A stretch of DNA of 64,000 bases. Source: Candidatus Poribacteria bacterium (lineage in GTDB: Bacteria > Poribacteria > WGA-4E > WGA-3G). The stretch lies in assembly GCA_965205015.1 (NCBI GenBank), contig OZ242029.1, positions 4,704,001 to 4,768,000 of the forward strand. Direction: 5' to 3'. Shown piece by piece: positions 28,520 to 38,671 of the stretch. The first letter of the stretch is position 1, and the number at the start of each line of letters is the position of its first letter. The position numbers and the translations under genes are program-made. The notes beneath the pieces were generated by a model, which was given only the letters and a program-made list of their open reading frames with translations, was not told where the DNA came from and made no database searches.

Positions 28520-29560
28520 ATGAAAACGATGCGATTGTTAGTCCTTGCCATATCGATTCTGTGGGCGTTGAATGCCAGCATCTGCTCACTTTTCGCACAG
28601 GCACCGACATCTCCGAAAATCCTGTTTACATCGTTGCGCGATGGCAACAGCGAAATCTACATCATGAATCCGGATGGCAGCGAACAGGTAAATCTAACAA
28701 AACATCCTGCAGGTGATCTGCAAGCCGTCTGGTCCCCGACGGGTGAAAAGATTCTTTTCGTCTCCGATCGCGGCGGGGAGCGAGACCTGTATCTGATGAA
28801 TCCGGATGGATCCAACGTCCGACGCGTCTTTAAAAGAAAAATAGAAGCGTGGAGAACAGCCCCGACGTGGTCCCCTGATGGCAAACAGATCGCTTACTAT
28901 CAATGGGACAGGAGCGGCGGCGGCACAAGCGGTATGTATATTGTAACATTAGGTGAACAGGCCGCGGAATACATCGAAACATTCTCTTCTCCAGCATGGT
29001 CGCCGGATGGAACAGAAATTGCCTGTGGGGAAGCAAGTCCAGGATTAACTTGGATTATACTATTCAACGTCCGGACACAAAAGCACGAACGACTCCTCCC
29101 CAAGAAGGCACTCCCTTGGCAACGAGATCCGTCTTGGTCGGCAACTGGGGATAAACTCGCTTTTTCTGGGAACAATAATCCGTTGCCGGTCATCTTAGAT
29201 AAGGCACTGCACAACGCATGGCGGGATAAACAGACGATCTTCATTGTGAACCGTGATGGCACTGGACTTCAGCAGCTCGTTGAGGAAGCCGGTTCCTATG
29301 CAGAGTACCCAGCGGTATCACCAAATGGCGCAGAGGTACTTTATACAAAGGAAATCAATGGAAGGTTTCAAGTCTTCAAAATTGACGTGAATAGCGGTAT
29401 TCGGACGCAGTTGACGCATATTGTAGGCATGGCACCCTGGAAATATGGGAGTTCTGGCGGGGATTGGTTTGACCCAGCGTATGCACTGTCCGTTTCACCA
29501 CAACCGCACTTGCTAACCACAACGTGGGGAAAATTGAAAATTAAACAGAATACCCAATAG
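28520..29560 (+). CDS. TolB-like (PD40/WD40-like) beta-propeller, secreted; paralog 2
   Basis: Tandem duplicate of the previous gene; ends LLTTTWGKLK. Confidence 0.85.
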   Translation: MKTMRLLVLAISILWALNASICSLFAQAPTSPKILFTSLRDGNSEIYIMNPDGSEQVNLTKHPAGDLQAVWSPTGEKILFVSDRGGERDLYLMNPDGSNVRRVFKRKIEAWRTAPTWSPDGKQIAYYQWDRSGGGTSGMYIVTLGEQAAEYIETFSSPAWSPDGTEIACGEASPGLTWIILFNVRTQKHERLLPKKALPWQRDPSWSATGDKLAFSGNNNPLPVILDKALHNAWRDKQTIFIVNRDGTGLQQLVEEAGSYAEYPAVSPNGAEVLYTKEINGRFQVFKIDVNSGIRTQLTHIVGMAPWKYGSSGGDWFDPAYALSVSPQPHLLTTTWGKLKIKQNTQ

Positions 29561-29585
29561 TACTGATCGGATTGAGGAAAATATC

Positions 29586-31796
29586 ATGAACCGTTCCTAC
29601 AGGCGACACCGTTCTATGCGTGCCCTGCTCTTTGCAGGCATCTTACATCTTTGTCTCGCCATCACTTTTATGTTCTCCTTCTACACACCGAGGCAGAACC
29701 GGGGTGAAGACGCGCTGGCGGTCGAACTCATCAAGCCGGAAGCCTTTCGGGAACAACGGCGTACCCTCAAACCACCGCCTCCCAAAAAATTACGAACGCC
29801 ACAGCACACAGATCCGTCTACCGATACAAACCAACGGCATCTCGACCTCATGGCTTCCGCGAATTTAATCGACGAAACCGTGCGACAATCGGAAGAGGCA
29901 CTCCTACACAGTGCAACGCGATCCGTGTCTGACATGGAAACGAAACTTCCCGATGTGACCACGGACGCAAAAAGGATCAATAGCCGAGAAACACCGATCT
30001 CAGAAGAGGTCGCAAGTCCCTTTCAGACCACCGCAGGGGCAGGTGTAGACAGTCTTCGACAACGCGTCAAAGGGGACGGCGGCGGCGGATTCCACAGACT
30101 CCAATCCACGGGTGCCTCCGAAATTGGAACTATTGGAGACGGTGATGGAGATAACGAAGGTGAAGGCACCGGCAAAGGAAATAGCAACCCGTTCGCGGAA
30201 GCCCTCAAACGTATCGCCGACCACATCATCGGAACACGAGAGTTGGATAAGGTGAACGTCGTTTTCGTCCTCGACACGAGCGCAAGCATGCGCGATAACA
30301 TCCAAGAAGTCGCCGCAAACCTGTTTGCCATGACCGATGAATTCGATCTCGTCAATCTGGAGTACCACCTCGGCATGTCAGAATTCAGCGTCAGGTACGA
30401 AGGTCAAAAACTGGAGATTCGCACACTGTTGCCCGATGTCGGTATGCTCCGTAGACGGATGCAAAAAGCTACACTCAGTGGCGACGAACACGCCCTTGAT
30501 GCACTCATGGATACCCCCTACCGTATCGACTTCCATGCGGATGCGGACCAATACATCATCCTTGTAACCGACGAACCCGCAACGACCACTTTTAAAAAGG
30601 ACGGTGCCTACGAAACGATGCGGGAAAAGGTTATCAAAGAATATCAACTTCAAGGTATCCGGGTCAACGTCCTCGGGGTTCCAGAACCGTTTCAACAAAC
30701 GTTAGCAGAAACAACAGGTGGACTCTGGCAGCCCATTCCCGGAGGTTTCGGTAAGGCAACCACACTCCCAAGTGATCGTGTTGCGAATGAAGCGTTCCTC
30801 AAGGTATTTCGGGACATTGTTAAAGACATTCGCCAAAATGGGGGTCGACTGCTCTTCAGCATGGAGGCCCAATTCGAGGTGCTACTTGAAGATGGCGATG
30901 TCCCGATGAAAAAGTTGCAACGCGAATTTAAGAAGAACGGTGTCTCTATAGCGGGTGCTGACAACCTGTTTGGGAGTTCCATGGTCTGGGAGAAACAGAA
31001 GGGGGATTTGTGGGTAATTACCGATTATACAAACGGTCGTATCTACACCATCCGCAAACAGGGCGATAAATTAAACGTTTTCGCAGGTATCTATCCTGAA
31101 AGTTGGAACCTCTCCAACAGCCTCACTGCGATGACACAAAAGCGCGGCAACAGATGGCTCATAAACGATCCAACCCGGCGTCGCATGTACACCATCCGAA
31201 GTGAGAGGAACCGACTGAACATCTACGACGGGGCAGCGCTCAACGCATCCCCTGACAGTGCAGTGAGGGGATTTGAACCCGTTGTGGACATTGTGGTGAT
31301 GCTCGATTACAGTCGGAGTATGGGCGGCAAATCCGAAGCGATTATGCTCGGTTTAAGCACACTTATCGGTAGGTTAGACATCCTGCCCATTAAATATCGG
31401 ATTGGGCTGATCCGTTTCGCCGAGGCGAAAGATGCCATTAAAGTTATCAACGGCGCGGTCGTGACGCAGATGCCGCTTAACGAATCCATGCTCGAAAGCT
31501 CCATGGAGGCACCGTTTGGCGGAGACGAACACCTCATTGATGCCATTGTGGAAGGCGTGCCGAAAGTCAAATTCAGTCCGTATGCAAGTCGATTCCTGCT
31601 CATTCTGACAGACGAACCGACAACCGGAAAATATCCGCCCGAACGCGCACTCCGTCTCTGTCAGTCGTTAGGCATTCGTGCATACATTATCGGGCATCCG
31701 GGTCCCACAGATTTCCAGAAACAACTCGCAGAACAGACGGGTGGACGCTTCTTTACAATGCCGAAACATCTCAACAGAACCTACCCGAACCAATAA
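29586..31796 (+). CDS. Membrane-anchored protein with two vWA domains
   Basis: N-terminal TM with ILHL, Pro/Gly-rich linker; MIDAS motifs LDTSASM and LDYSRSM, each followed by GDEH and TDEP. Confidence 0.8.
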   Translation: MNRSYRRHRSMRALLFAGILHLCLAITFMFSFYTPRQNRGEDALAVELIKPEAFREQRRTLKPPPPKKLRTPQHTDPSTDTNQRHLDLMASANLIDETVRQSEEALLHSATRSVSDMETKLPDVTTDAKRINSRETPISEEVASPFQTTAGAGVDSLRQRVKGDGGGGFHRLQSTGASEIGTIGDGDGDNEGEGTGKGNSNPFAEALKRIADHIIGTRELDKVNVVFVLDTSASMRDNIQEVAANLFAMTDEFDLVNLEYHLGMSEFSVRYEGQKLEIRTLLPDVGMLRRRMQKATLSGDEHALDALMDTPYRIDFHADADQYIILVTDEPATTTFKKDGAYETMREKVIKEYQLQGIRVNVLGVPEPFQQTLAETTGGLWQPIPGGFGKATTLPSDRVANEAFLKVFRDIVKDIRQNGGRLLFSMEAQFEVLLEDGDVPMKKLQREFKKNGVSIAGADNLFGSSMVWEKQKGDLWVITDYTNGRIYTIRKQGDKLNVFAGIYPESWNLSNSLTAMTQKRGNRWLINDPTRRRMYTIRSERNRLNIYDGAALNASPDSAVRGFEPVVDIVVMLDYSRSMGGKSEAIMLGLSTLIGRLDILPIKYRIGLIRFAEAKDAIKVINGAVVTQMPLNESMLESSMEAPFGGDEHLIDAIVEGVPKVKFSPYASRFLLILTDEPTTGKYPPERALRLCQSLGIRAYIIGHPGPTDFQKQLAEQTGGRFFTMPKHLNRTYPNQ

Positions 31797-31817
31797 TTAA
31801 AAGGAGAGAACACTATA

Positions 31818-32339
31818 ATGTCAACAACCTCTACAAGTACACAACAACATCGAGAAATGGCAACCGAAGAGGGACCCGTCGCCGTCGCGATCGTCACCGT
31901 GAGCGACACGCGCACCCCTGAAACAGACAAAAACGCCGTATTTCTACGCGAACAACTCGCAGCGGAAGGAAATAGCGTCGTCGCATACCAAATCATAAAA
32001 GACGAACCCGATCAAGTTGCCGCAGTATTAGATGAAATGGCGGAGAGCGAGGCCCAAGTTATTCTTTTTAACGGAGGCACGGGTATCGCTCCGCGAGATA
32101 CCACTTTTGACATTCTCGATCGCAAACTGGAAAAGACTCTGCCCGGATTCGGAGAACTCTTTCGGATGTTTAGCTACGATCAGGTCGGCGCCGCGGCGAT
32201 GCTCTCACGAGCAACAGCGGGTGTCTACCGCGGAAAAGTCGTCATCTCCACGCCGGGTTCGACGGCTGCTGTGCAATTGGCGTGGGAAAAACTGATTGGA
32301 CCGGAATTACAACATCTGGCATGGGAAGTCGGACGCTGA
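31818..32339 (+). CDS. moaB: Molybdenum cofactor biosynthesis protein B (MoaB/Mog)
   Basis: [39 protein letters not shown]. Confidence 0.9.
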   Translation: MSTTSTSTQQHREMATEEGPVAVAIVTVSDTRTPETDKNAVFLREQLAAEGNSVVAYQIIKDEPDQVAAVLDEMAESEAQVILFNGGTGIAPRDTTFDILDRKLEKTLPGFGELFRMFSYDQVGAAAMLSRATAGVYRGKVVISTPGSTAAVQLAWEKLIGPELQHLAWEVGR

Positions 32340-32448
32340 TTTTTAATTTTACCTTGCGGCGTAATAGCGTAGGTTTCATGTTTAGTGAACCTTCCATTTA
32401 TCCGCCTGCGTGTTTTTGATAGGGTATTTCTGCGTATTGTTGCAGGCT
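32340..32448 (+). repeat. Dispersed 109-bp intergenic element
   Basis: Near-identical ends to 24318-24427, different centre. Confidence 0.8.
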
Positions 32449-32560
32449 CCATTTCTGGTAGCAAGTTGTACAGTGTTCTAAAATCTGTAAAGTCGCACGT
32501 GCGTTTCTTTAAACTTGCCAACTTTAGCATACTTCAAAACTTGGAAACTGCAAGGTAAAA

Positions 32561-33418
32561 TTAAAGGACCTCGCGAGTGAACGTATACGCATGCCGCAAC
32601 CATGAGGCGTAATAGATACCGTTCGCATAAAAGAAATAGAGCAGCTTCAACCCAACAACACCGAGCAAACAGACAAACAACACGGCGAGCAAACTATAAT
32701 CCCATGCGCCCATCTTCAAAGATCGCAGCGACGTCCGCTGGGTCGCCATCTCCGGCGAGAACCCGCGACTTTCAACGGATTCGCCGAGGTGCGTCGCATG
32801 CCGAATGTTACCCGCCAAAATCGGACGAAAACTGTTGATAACGCCACGGCAGGTCGCCAATAGATTGAGACGGAGATATCGGAACCCCCTTAGTCTTTGC
32901 GATCGGAACACAGTCGATGCCTCATTCGCAATCACAGGAATGAAATGCAACGCCGTCGTCACCATAAAAGCGAGGGGCGCGGGCACCCGCAATTGCGCCA
33001 GTGCGAGGAGCAGATCACGGGGTTGCGTCGTCCAGACGATAAAGCATCCGATGATGAGTGTCGTGTTGAAACGGAGGGATTGGACAATTCCGTGGAACAG
33101 TCCTTCTCGATAGACACGGATGCCGCCTGTCATCCTTCCAATGAGGGGCAGGTCGGCAGGCACAAGCGTGAATAGCACAGTGCGTGGAAACTCGTTATAG
33201 AAGATCGCTTGACTGTAAACCAAACCCCACGTCGTAAAGAACAAGAACGCGCAGAGCAACCCGATCTGCCGCCACGTCGGGACGGACAGTGCCACCAACG
33301 CGAGGCTCCCAGCAAAACAGACGAGCAGTGCCGTTGGACTGTCCAGCAAAATAACAAGACATCCGCTGATGAGCATTATTAGGATTTTTGTACGGGGTTC
33401 AAATATGGTATGACGCAT
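32561..33418 (-). CDS. Energy-coupling factor transporter transmembrane component T
   Basis: EPRTK, TTQPRDLLLAL, HFIP, QRLRG and ESRGF (XRG motifs). Confidence 0.85.
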   Translation of the reverse strand: MRHTIFEPRTKILIMLISGCLVILLDSPTALLVCFAGSLALVALSVPTWRQIGLLCAFLFFTTWGLVYSQAIFYNEFPRTVLFTLVPADLPLIGRMTGGIRVYREGLFHGIVQSLRFNTTLIIGCFIVWTTQPRDLLLALAQLRVPAPLAFMVTTALHFIPVIANEASTVFRSQRLRGFRYLRLNLLATCRGVINSFRPILAGNIRHATHLGESVESRGFSPEMATQRTSLRSLKMGAWDYSLLAVLFVCLLGVVGLKLLYFFYANGIYYASWLRHAYTFTREVL

Positions 33419-33568
33419 TGTGTGATTTTCCGTTTGCACCTCTGAGATAAGTATAACAGGTTCGGAGTCCATTTTCCAATGAAAATGCTCCACTGGACGC
33501 GGTTTCTAAACTCGTCTTTTCTTTTTCTTCTGGAAAACCGCACCCCCTGGACCTGAGATGCAAACCAT

Positions 33569-36256
33569 TTAGTGGACTAACGTCACCTTAACGGAATCCT
33601 GCCCCTCTGCGTAAGGGACCTCCCATTCAACCTGCTGCTCAGAGATCTCAACGCGTCCTGTGCTACCCCGATACGAACCCGACGACAATCCACGAACCGA
33701 GATATGCGCACATTCCGCATGCGTAGACGGCTTCGACAAAACGAGTTCCAACCGCCGTAAATCTTTCGTGAGTGTCGCCTTCTCAATGCGAGCCTTTACC
33801 GTCTCCACCGTCACACCCAGGGGCACAAAGAACGCCCTGACCCCCAATCCATCCTGCGGAATGAGCGTGTAATCGTCCGAGGTTTCAGAGACAGCGCACC
33901 CGTAACCGACAAGCCCGAAATCCGGATCCTGAACGAGGTAAGATTTTAGCATACTCAAGTTGCCGTAAAGCCCCATGCCGACCTCGCCAGAAAAGCAGCC
34001 GTTCCGATAATAGTTGTATTCTGGAGACCCCTTCTCGGGTGGGTTGAACCGCCACTCCCTACCGTTGTAGCCCTTCCCAGATGGATCGACACAACTCCAG
34101 ACTGCCAATGTCGCCCCGTAAGCCTTCTGCAGAAAGTGCTGATCCCCCGTCTGCTCATATCTATCAAAGAGCGGACGCGCCAGCAGCGGCGTTGGGTAGC
34201 ATCCGATGTATCGCATATTCGTGCAGTAGGAGAACCACATCGGCGTGGCATCGCGGCTTGCAAGGATCGTCTGCACAGTGCGCTGCTTCAACGACTCGTC
34301 GTCGGCGACCTGTGCCAAGTAATATAACGCCGCTTTCGAAGCGTGATCGAAACAATACTCCGATGCGAACGGGTACTCCTCCTCAAGGAAAAATGGGAGA
34401 CAGCTCTCAATAGCCTCTCGGAGCGTCCGATATTCAGCAACCATACCTTCCATCTTCAGCGATCCCAACAGATGCACCAGAATCGGTGAGCCCATCGGAG
34501 CATGCGTCTTAGACATGTTACCGCGATGGTAATCGATGTAATTCTTCGTCTCATAGACGCTTTCATAGGTGGAATCAAGATAAGAAGCGAGGGCAGTGTT
34601 ATAGGCGAGATCGAGATACCATAAAGGCTGGCGACTCGTTTTTATCCCGTGCAACGTGGTAATCCGATACATCTGATAGTAGATGTTGTAGACGTGCGGA
34701 TAGTTATAGATCCGCCAGACATAATCCCATCGGCGCCACGAACCCGGTCGGAGCCCGATGAGTGAGTTTAGCACCTGATAGTTGTCTCTGTTCTGTAGCT
34801 TCCCGTAGAGAAACTTCTCAATGAATTCGTCGAGGGCGTGGATCTCCTTTTCGTCGGGGTAATAGGCATTTTTTCCAGCGAGAAAGACGGGAGGTGCAAA
34901 GCATCGGTCATCACTGCCCCCCATATCAATCGAGCCGCACGGTGCCTCCTCCTCCACGATAAGTCTCTCCTCCTCGTTATTCCAGATACGAAAACTGTAG
35001 TGACAGAGATCGTCAGGATCTTCGACACGCTGATTCTCTACGATGAATTTGGCGCGCGCTTTCATCAAGCTCTCGATCCCCGCGATACCCTTGAACAATA
35101 GATGTGTCCACTCATCGTCACCGTAGCGGATTGTCACCTTCTGTTCACCCATAGAAGTCAGACGGACGGTATAGGTGTGACGGTCCCCCATCGCTGCCAT
35201 GGGTTCAACTTCAATGCCATTGGCAGTCTCAATCGCTGTGATCGGCTTCTTGCATCGGAGCAGCAGATGTGCCGTCGTGCCGACGGGTAGCACCATCCCC
35301 GGCACAATCTTCACGGCGACGTTCCCGTTCTCATACAATTTCTCACCGATTTCGGCAGAGTCCTTGACCCGACAGAGTGTGAAACTGAAAGTCCGTTTTT
35401 CATCGGGTGCCAAAGTGAGCGAACGGTGCCCATTGTACCAGGGTTCCTCCGCAGCAGCTTCGGAAAACAGATAAAACATGGAACCGGCACCCGTCATCAT
35501 CTCGGTATTGGGAAAAAGTCCATACCCCGAAATCGCCTCCAGTGCCGTATCGCTTTGTGGAACAATCAGTAACTGGTCCCCTTTCCCACTCGCACGCGTC
35601 GCCAGGATATAGGACGAATGTCCCGAGACAAACGAACTCTCAATCACACGTTGCTCAAAGACATATTTCGTAGACTCAATCGACCGATGATTGAAGCCCT
35701 GTTTTTCATCACCGATGTTGTAGTTCGTATTCAGTGTGATCGGGAGTCCGAGTTCCCCGATTTCGACAGGCTCCTGCGAAGTGTTATGAAGCGTGATCGT
35801 CCATAGAATCGCATCGCCGCTCTGCGGGTTTCCTCGAAACGCATAACGTTGCTCAATATTGAGATGCTGGAGTCCACCCTGATTGACAGAATTGCCCTCA
35901 TAACGGGTGGTTATGGAATCATCGTCGTACGTCACTGTCCGGACATCGTCGCTGAGGAAGGTGTGCATCGCGTGCCACCCCGTTTCACCCGAAAGACGCG
36001 CTTTCAGCACAACGTCGCCAGTCCAGCAGTGCATCGGAATGCGTTGCGCCTTTTCAGGGACATGCCGTTGCTTCCACCAGATGTTGAGACGCATGTTCTG
36101 CTCATTCCCGAAGAAGTTCGTGCCTTGTGCGTCCTCTGTCAGGTATAAACCCTTGATAACACCGCTGCGTCTATCCACATCGAGGATATACTGTTCATTC
36201 GTCAAACGGAGGTATGCATCGTGGGGGGTATAGCGTGCGTATCGGACTTGTAGCAT
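33569..36256 (-). CDS. DUF5695-like putative glycoside hydrolase
   Basis: VEIGELGLP, WRIYNYPHVYNIYY, YPFASE, SGEVGMGLYG, DPDFGLVGYG; recognised by eye. Confidence 0.65.
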   Translation of the reverse strand: MLQVRYARYTPHDAYLRLTNEQYILDVDRRSGVIKGLYLTEDAQGTNFFGNEQNMRLNIWWKQRHVPEKAQRIPMHCWTGDVVLKARLSGETGWHAMHTFLSDDVRTVTYDDDSITTRYEGNSVNQGGLQHLNIEQRYAFRGNPQSGDAILWTITLHNTSQEPVEIGELGLPITLNTNYNIGDEKQGFNHRSIESTKYVFEQRVIESSFVSGHSSYILATRASGKGDQLLIVPQSDTALEAISGYGLFPNTEMMTGAGSMFYLFSEAAAEEPWYNGHRSLTLAPDEKRTFSFTLCRVKDSAEIGEKLYENGNVAVKIVPGMVLPVGTTAHLLLRCKKPITAIETANGIEVEPMAAMGDRHTYTVRLTSMGEQKVTIRYGDDEWTHLLFKGIAGIESLMKARAKFIVENQRVEDPDDLCHYSFRIWNNEEERLIVEEEAPCGSIDMGGSDDRCFAPPVFLAGKNAYYPDEKEIHALDEFIEKFLYGKLQNRDNYQVLNSLIGLRPGSWRRWDYVWRIYNYPHVYNIYYQMYRITTLHGIKTSRQPLWYLDLAYNTALASYLDSTYESVYETKNYIDYHRGNMSKTHAPMGSPILVHLLGSLKMEGMVAEYRTLREAIESCLPFFLEEEYPFASEYCFDHASKAALYYLAQVADDESLKQRTVQTILASRDATPMWFSYCTNMRYIGCYPTPLLARPLFDRYEQTGDQHFLQKAYGATLAVWSCVDPSGKGYNGREWRFNPPEKGSPEYNYYRNGCFSGEVGMGLYGNLSMLKSYLVQDPDFGLVGYGCAVSETSDDYTLIPQDGLGVRAFFVPLGVTVETVKARIEKATLTKDLRRLELVLSKPSTHAECAHISVRGLSSGSYRGSTGRVEISEQQVEWEVPYAEGQDSVKVTLVH

Positions 36257-36356
36257 AATCGTTGCTCGCTTTCACGGGGTAACGGAGAGTTTTTCTTGAG
36301 AATACCCGTTTTGGGGAAATCTGTCAAGAAAAAATAGTCACATCGAAATCTTCCTG

Positions 36357-36385
36357 TTGACAAACATCTCAACCTATGATAAACT
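36357..36385 (+). promoter_or_regulatory. Sigma70-like promoter
   Basis: TTGACA, 17 nt spacer, TAAACT with extended TG. Confidence 0.55.
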
Positions 36386-36438
36386 TCGGTTCATGTGAAC
36401 CACTATCACAGAAAATTTTATAACCAAGGAGAAGCTCA

Positions 36439-37386
36439 ATGGCGAACATCAAAGTTTTGATTGCCAGTGGAATTAGCCAAGAAGTTGCGGATATGCTGAA
36501 GGATGCCCCCCCGGAAATGGACATCAGCTTCCTACCGGAGGGTGAAGCACTGAAAGACCACATCTCAGACGCTGAAATCCTTTACGGCGTCGTGTCAGAG
36601 GAGGCCCTCCCCCAAGCGACATCGCTACAGTGGGTGATGCAGCCCTTCGTAGGCGTGGAAAGGTCCATGTACCCGGCCTTCAAAGAGAGCCCCATCACCC
36701 TGATAAACAGTAAACGTTTATATGGACCCCAACTCGCCGAACACGCCTTCGCGTTGCTGCTGTCCCTGACACGGGGGATCAACACACAGCTCGATTTGAT
36801 GCGTGATAAGGAATGGAAGTGGACACAGTGCGTCGAGGTATCGGGAATGACGATGGGTGTTCTCGGACTTGGAGGTATCGGCAGAGCGGTCGCGCAACGT
36901 GCCAAAGCCTTCGACTTCCACGTGATTGCTGTCGATCCCGAACCGATGGAAAAGCCAGACACCGTCGACGAATTGGGGCAACTCGACTGGCTACCGGAGT
37001 TCCTGTCTCGGTCCGATGTTTTGACGGTCTGCTGCCCAATCACACCGCAAACCCATAAACTGCTATCCCATGCAGAATTCGATGCCTTGCCAGAGGGTTG
37101 CTTCTTCATCAACGTCAGTCGCGGTAAAGTTGTGGACGAGGATGCCCTGATTGCTGCGTTGAAAAGCGGGAAACTGGCGGGTGCGGGGTTGGATGTGACC
37201 TATACGGAACCGTGTCCAGAAGACAACCCTTTATGGACACTTCCGAACGTGATCCTAACGTCCCATACCGCGGGCGCGTCGCAAAATATCGCCAAACGCG
37301 CAATGGAACTTTTCATCGACAACATGCACAAATACGTGAACGGTGAACCGCTCACCAATGTCGTAGATAAGGAAAAAGGGTATTAA
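36439..37386 (+). CDS. D-2-hydroxyacid dehydrogenase
   Basis: GLGGIG, NVSRGKVVDE, GAGLDV, EP, TSHTAG. Confidence 0.9.
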   Translation: MANIKVLIASGISQEVADMLKDAPPEMDISFLPEGEALKDHISDAEILYGVVSEEALPQATSLQWVMQPFVGVERSMYPAFKESPITLINSKRLYGPQLAEHAFALLLSLTRGINTQLDLMRDKEWKWTQCVEVSGMTMGVLGLGGIGRAVAQRAKAFDFHVIAVDPEPMEKPDTVDELGQLDWLPEFLSRSDVLTVCCPITPQTHKLLSHAEFDALPEGCFFINVSRGKVVDEDALIAALKSGKLAGAGLDVTYTEPCPEDNPLWTLPNVILTSHTAGASQNIAKRAMELFIDNMHKYVNGEPLTNVVDKEKGY

Positions 37387-38525
37387 CCCTCTATTACAAA
37401 GGCTTCCAACGCCTCTGTATCTATCACAATACCGAGTCCGGGCATATCATCAATGACGAAAGCCCCATCTTCGACGATCGGTTTTCGCGTGGTGATTTGC
37501 CCTTTCGACGCATACGCTTCAGGCGAATGCTCCATAATCAGGAAGTTGGGGATTGTCGCTGAGAATTGCACCGTTGCGGCGATCGAGAGGATCCCCCCGC
37601 CACCGATGTGCGGCGTTACCGGAATGTTATAGGTATCGGCGAGGCTTGCGATGCGTTTTCCCTCTGTGAGCCCCGTGCGGGCAATATCGGGCATAGTGAT
37701 GTCGCAGGCGCGACGTTCAAATACCTCCCGTAACTCATAACGGGTCCGTGTCCACTCACCGATAGCGACCGACATATCCAGTGCCTGTGCCAATGCCGCC
37801 TGTCCGGGAATGTCCTCCGGTGCCGTCGGCGACTCTAACCACATCACGTCCAATTCCTCAAGCCCGCGTCCGAGCCGTGTTGCTTCTGGGACGCTGTATT
37901 GGGTATGGAGGTCCACCATCAATTTGATCTCTGGACCGACCTGTTCACGCACCGCCGCGACGATTTCCAAAATCTCGGCGCGCCCGTGCGTCGAGTGAAT
38001 TTTTAACCCGCCGTACCCCTGTGAGACATGCTTAGCCGCCTGTACCGCCGCCGCTTCCGGCGTGCTGCCGCCAACACCGGCGTATAAGGGAATCCGATCC
38101 CGATAGCGTCCACCCAGCACCTTGTGAACGGGTTTCGCCGTCGCTTTCCCGATGATGTCCCACAGTGCGATGTCACACCCCGCGAGTGCATCAATAAAGA
38201 AGCCGGTATAGTGTCCACGCTCCCGCATCGCCGTAAACATCCGTTGCCAAAGATATTCTACGTCAAACGGGTCCTTTCCCATCAGTATCGGACGACACAG
38301 ATCCTCAACGATTGTTTTGGAGGTGCGCGGTGAAACGGGACTTTGTCCTTCGCCATACCCGACGATACCCTCTGACGTCGTAATCCGTACAACCATCGTC
38401 TCATGGTGGCGCGAGTAGATGGGGCGCCATCCTTCAGCGGGTAAGTAATAGCTGTCCGTGTGTTCTTCCGATGATTTCTCGGTTTGGTATCGGAGCGCGA
38501 ACGCTTCAATCTGTGTAATTTTCAT
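37383..38525 (-). CDS. Mandelate racemase / muconate lactonizing enzyme family (likely acid-sugar dehydratase)
   Basis: DIALWDIIGKA, LKIH, LMVD, WLESP, IGE, PD, TPH, PGLG. Confidence 0.9.
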   Translation of the reverse strand: MKITQIEAFALRYQTEKSSEEHTDSYYLPAEGWRPIYSRHHETMVVRITTSEGIVGYGEGQSPVSPRTSKTIVEDLCRPILMGKDPFDVEYLWQRMFTAMRERGHYTGFFIDALAGCDIALWDIIGKATAKPVHKVLGGRYRDRIPLYAGVGGSTPEAAAVQAAKHVSQGYGGLKIHSTHGRAEILEIVAAVREQVGPEIKLMVDLHTQYSVPEATRLGRGLEELDVMWLESPTAPEDIPGQAALAQALDMSVAIGEWTRTRYELREVFERRACDITMPDIARTGLTEGKRIASLADTYNIPVTPHIGGGGILSIAATVQFSATIPNFLIMEHSPEAYASKGQITTRKPIVEDGAFVIDDMPGLGIVIDTEALEAFVIEG

Positions 38526-38671
38526 GGTTAAATACCCTCTTTGACATCAATACCTCGTGACAGATTTTCTTGAACTTTTACCCGAATAAACGTAAAATAT
38601 GAGGAGACGGTTCACTTTTCTATGACGACACACCACGACTTTTCACCGATCGCCCAGCTATTCAAATCCTC

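Noticed and set aside
27589-28938. Near-identical segments as a DGR template/variable repeat pair
   Set aside because: Differences are mostly C/T synonymous changes rather than adenine-specific, both copies are in intact genes, and there is no reverse transcriptase.
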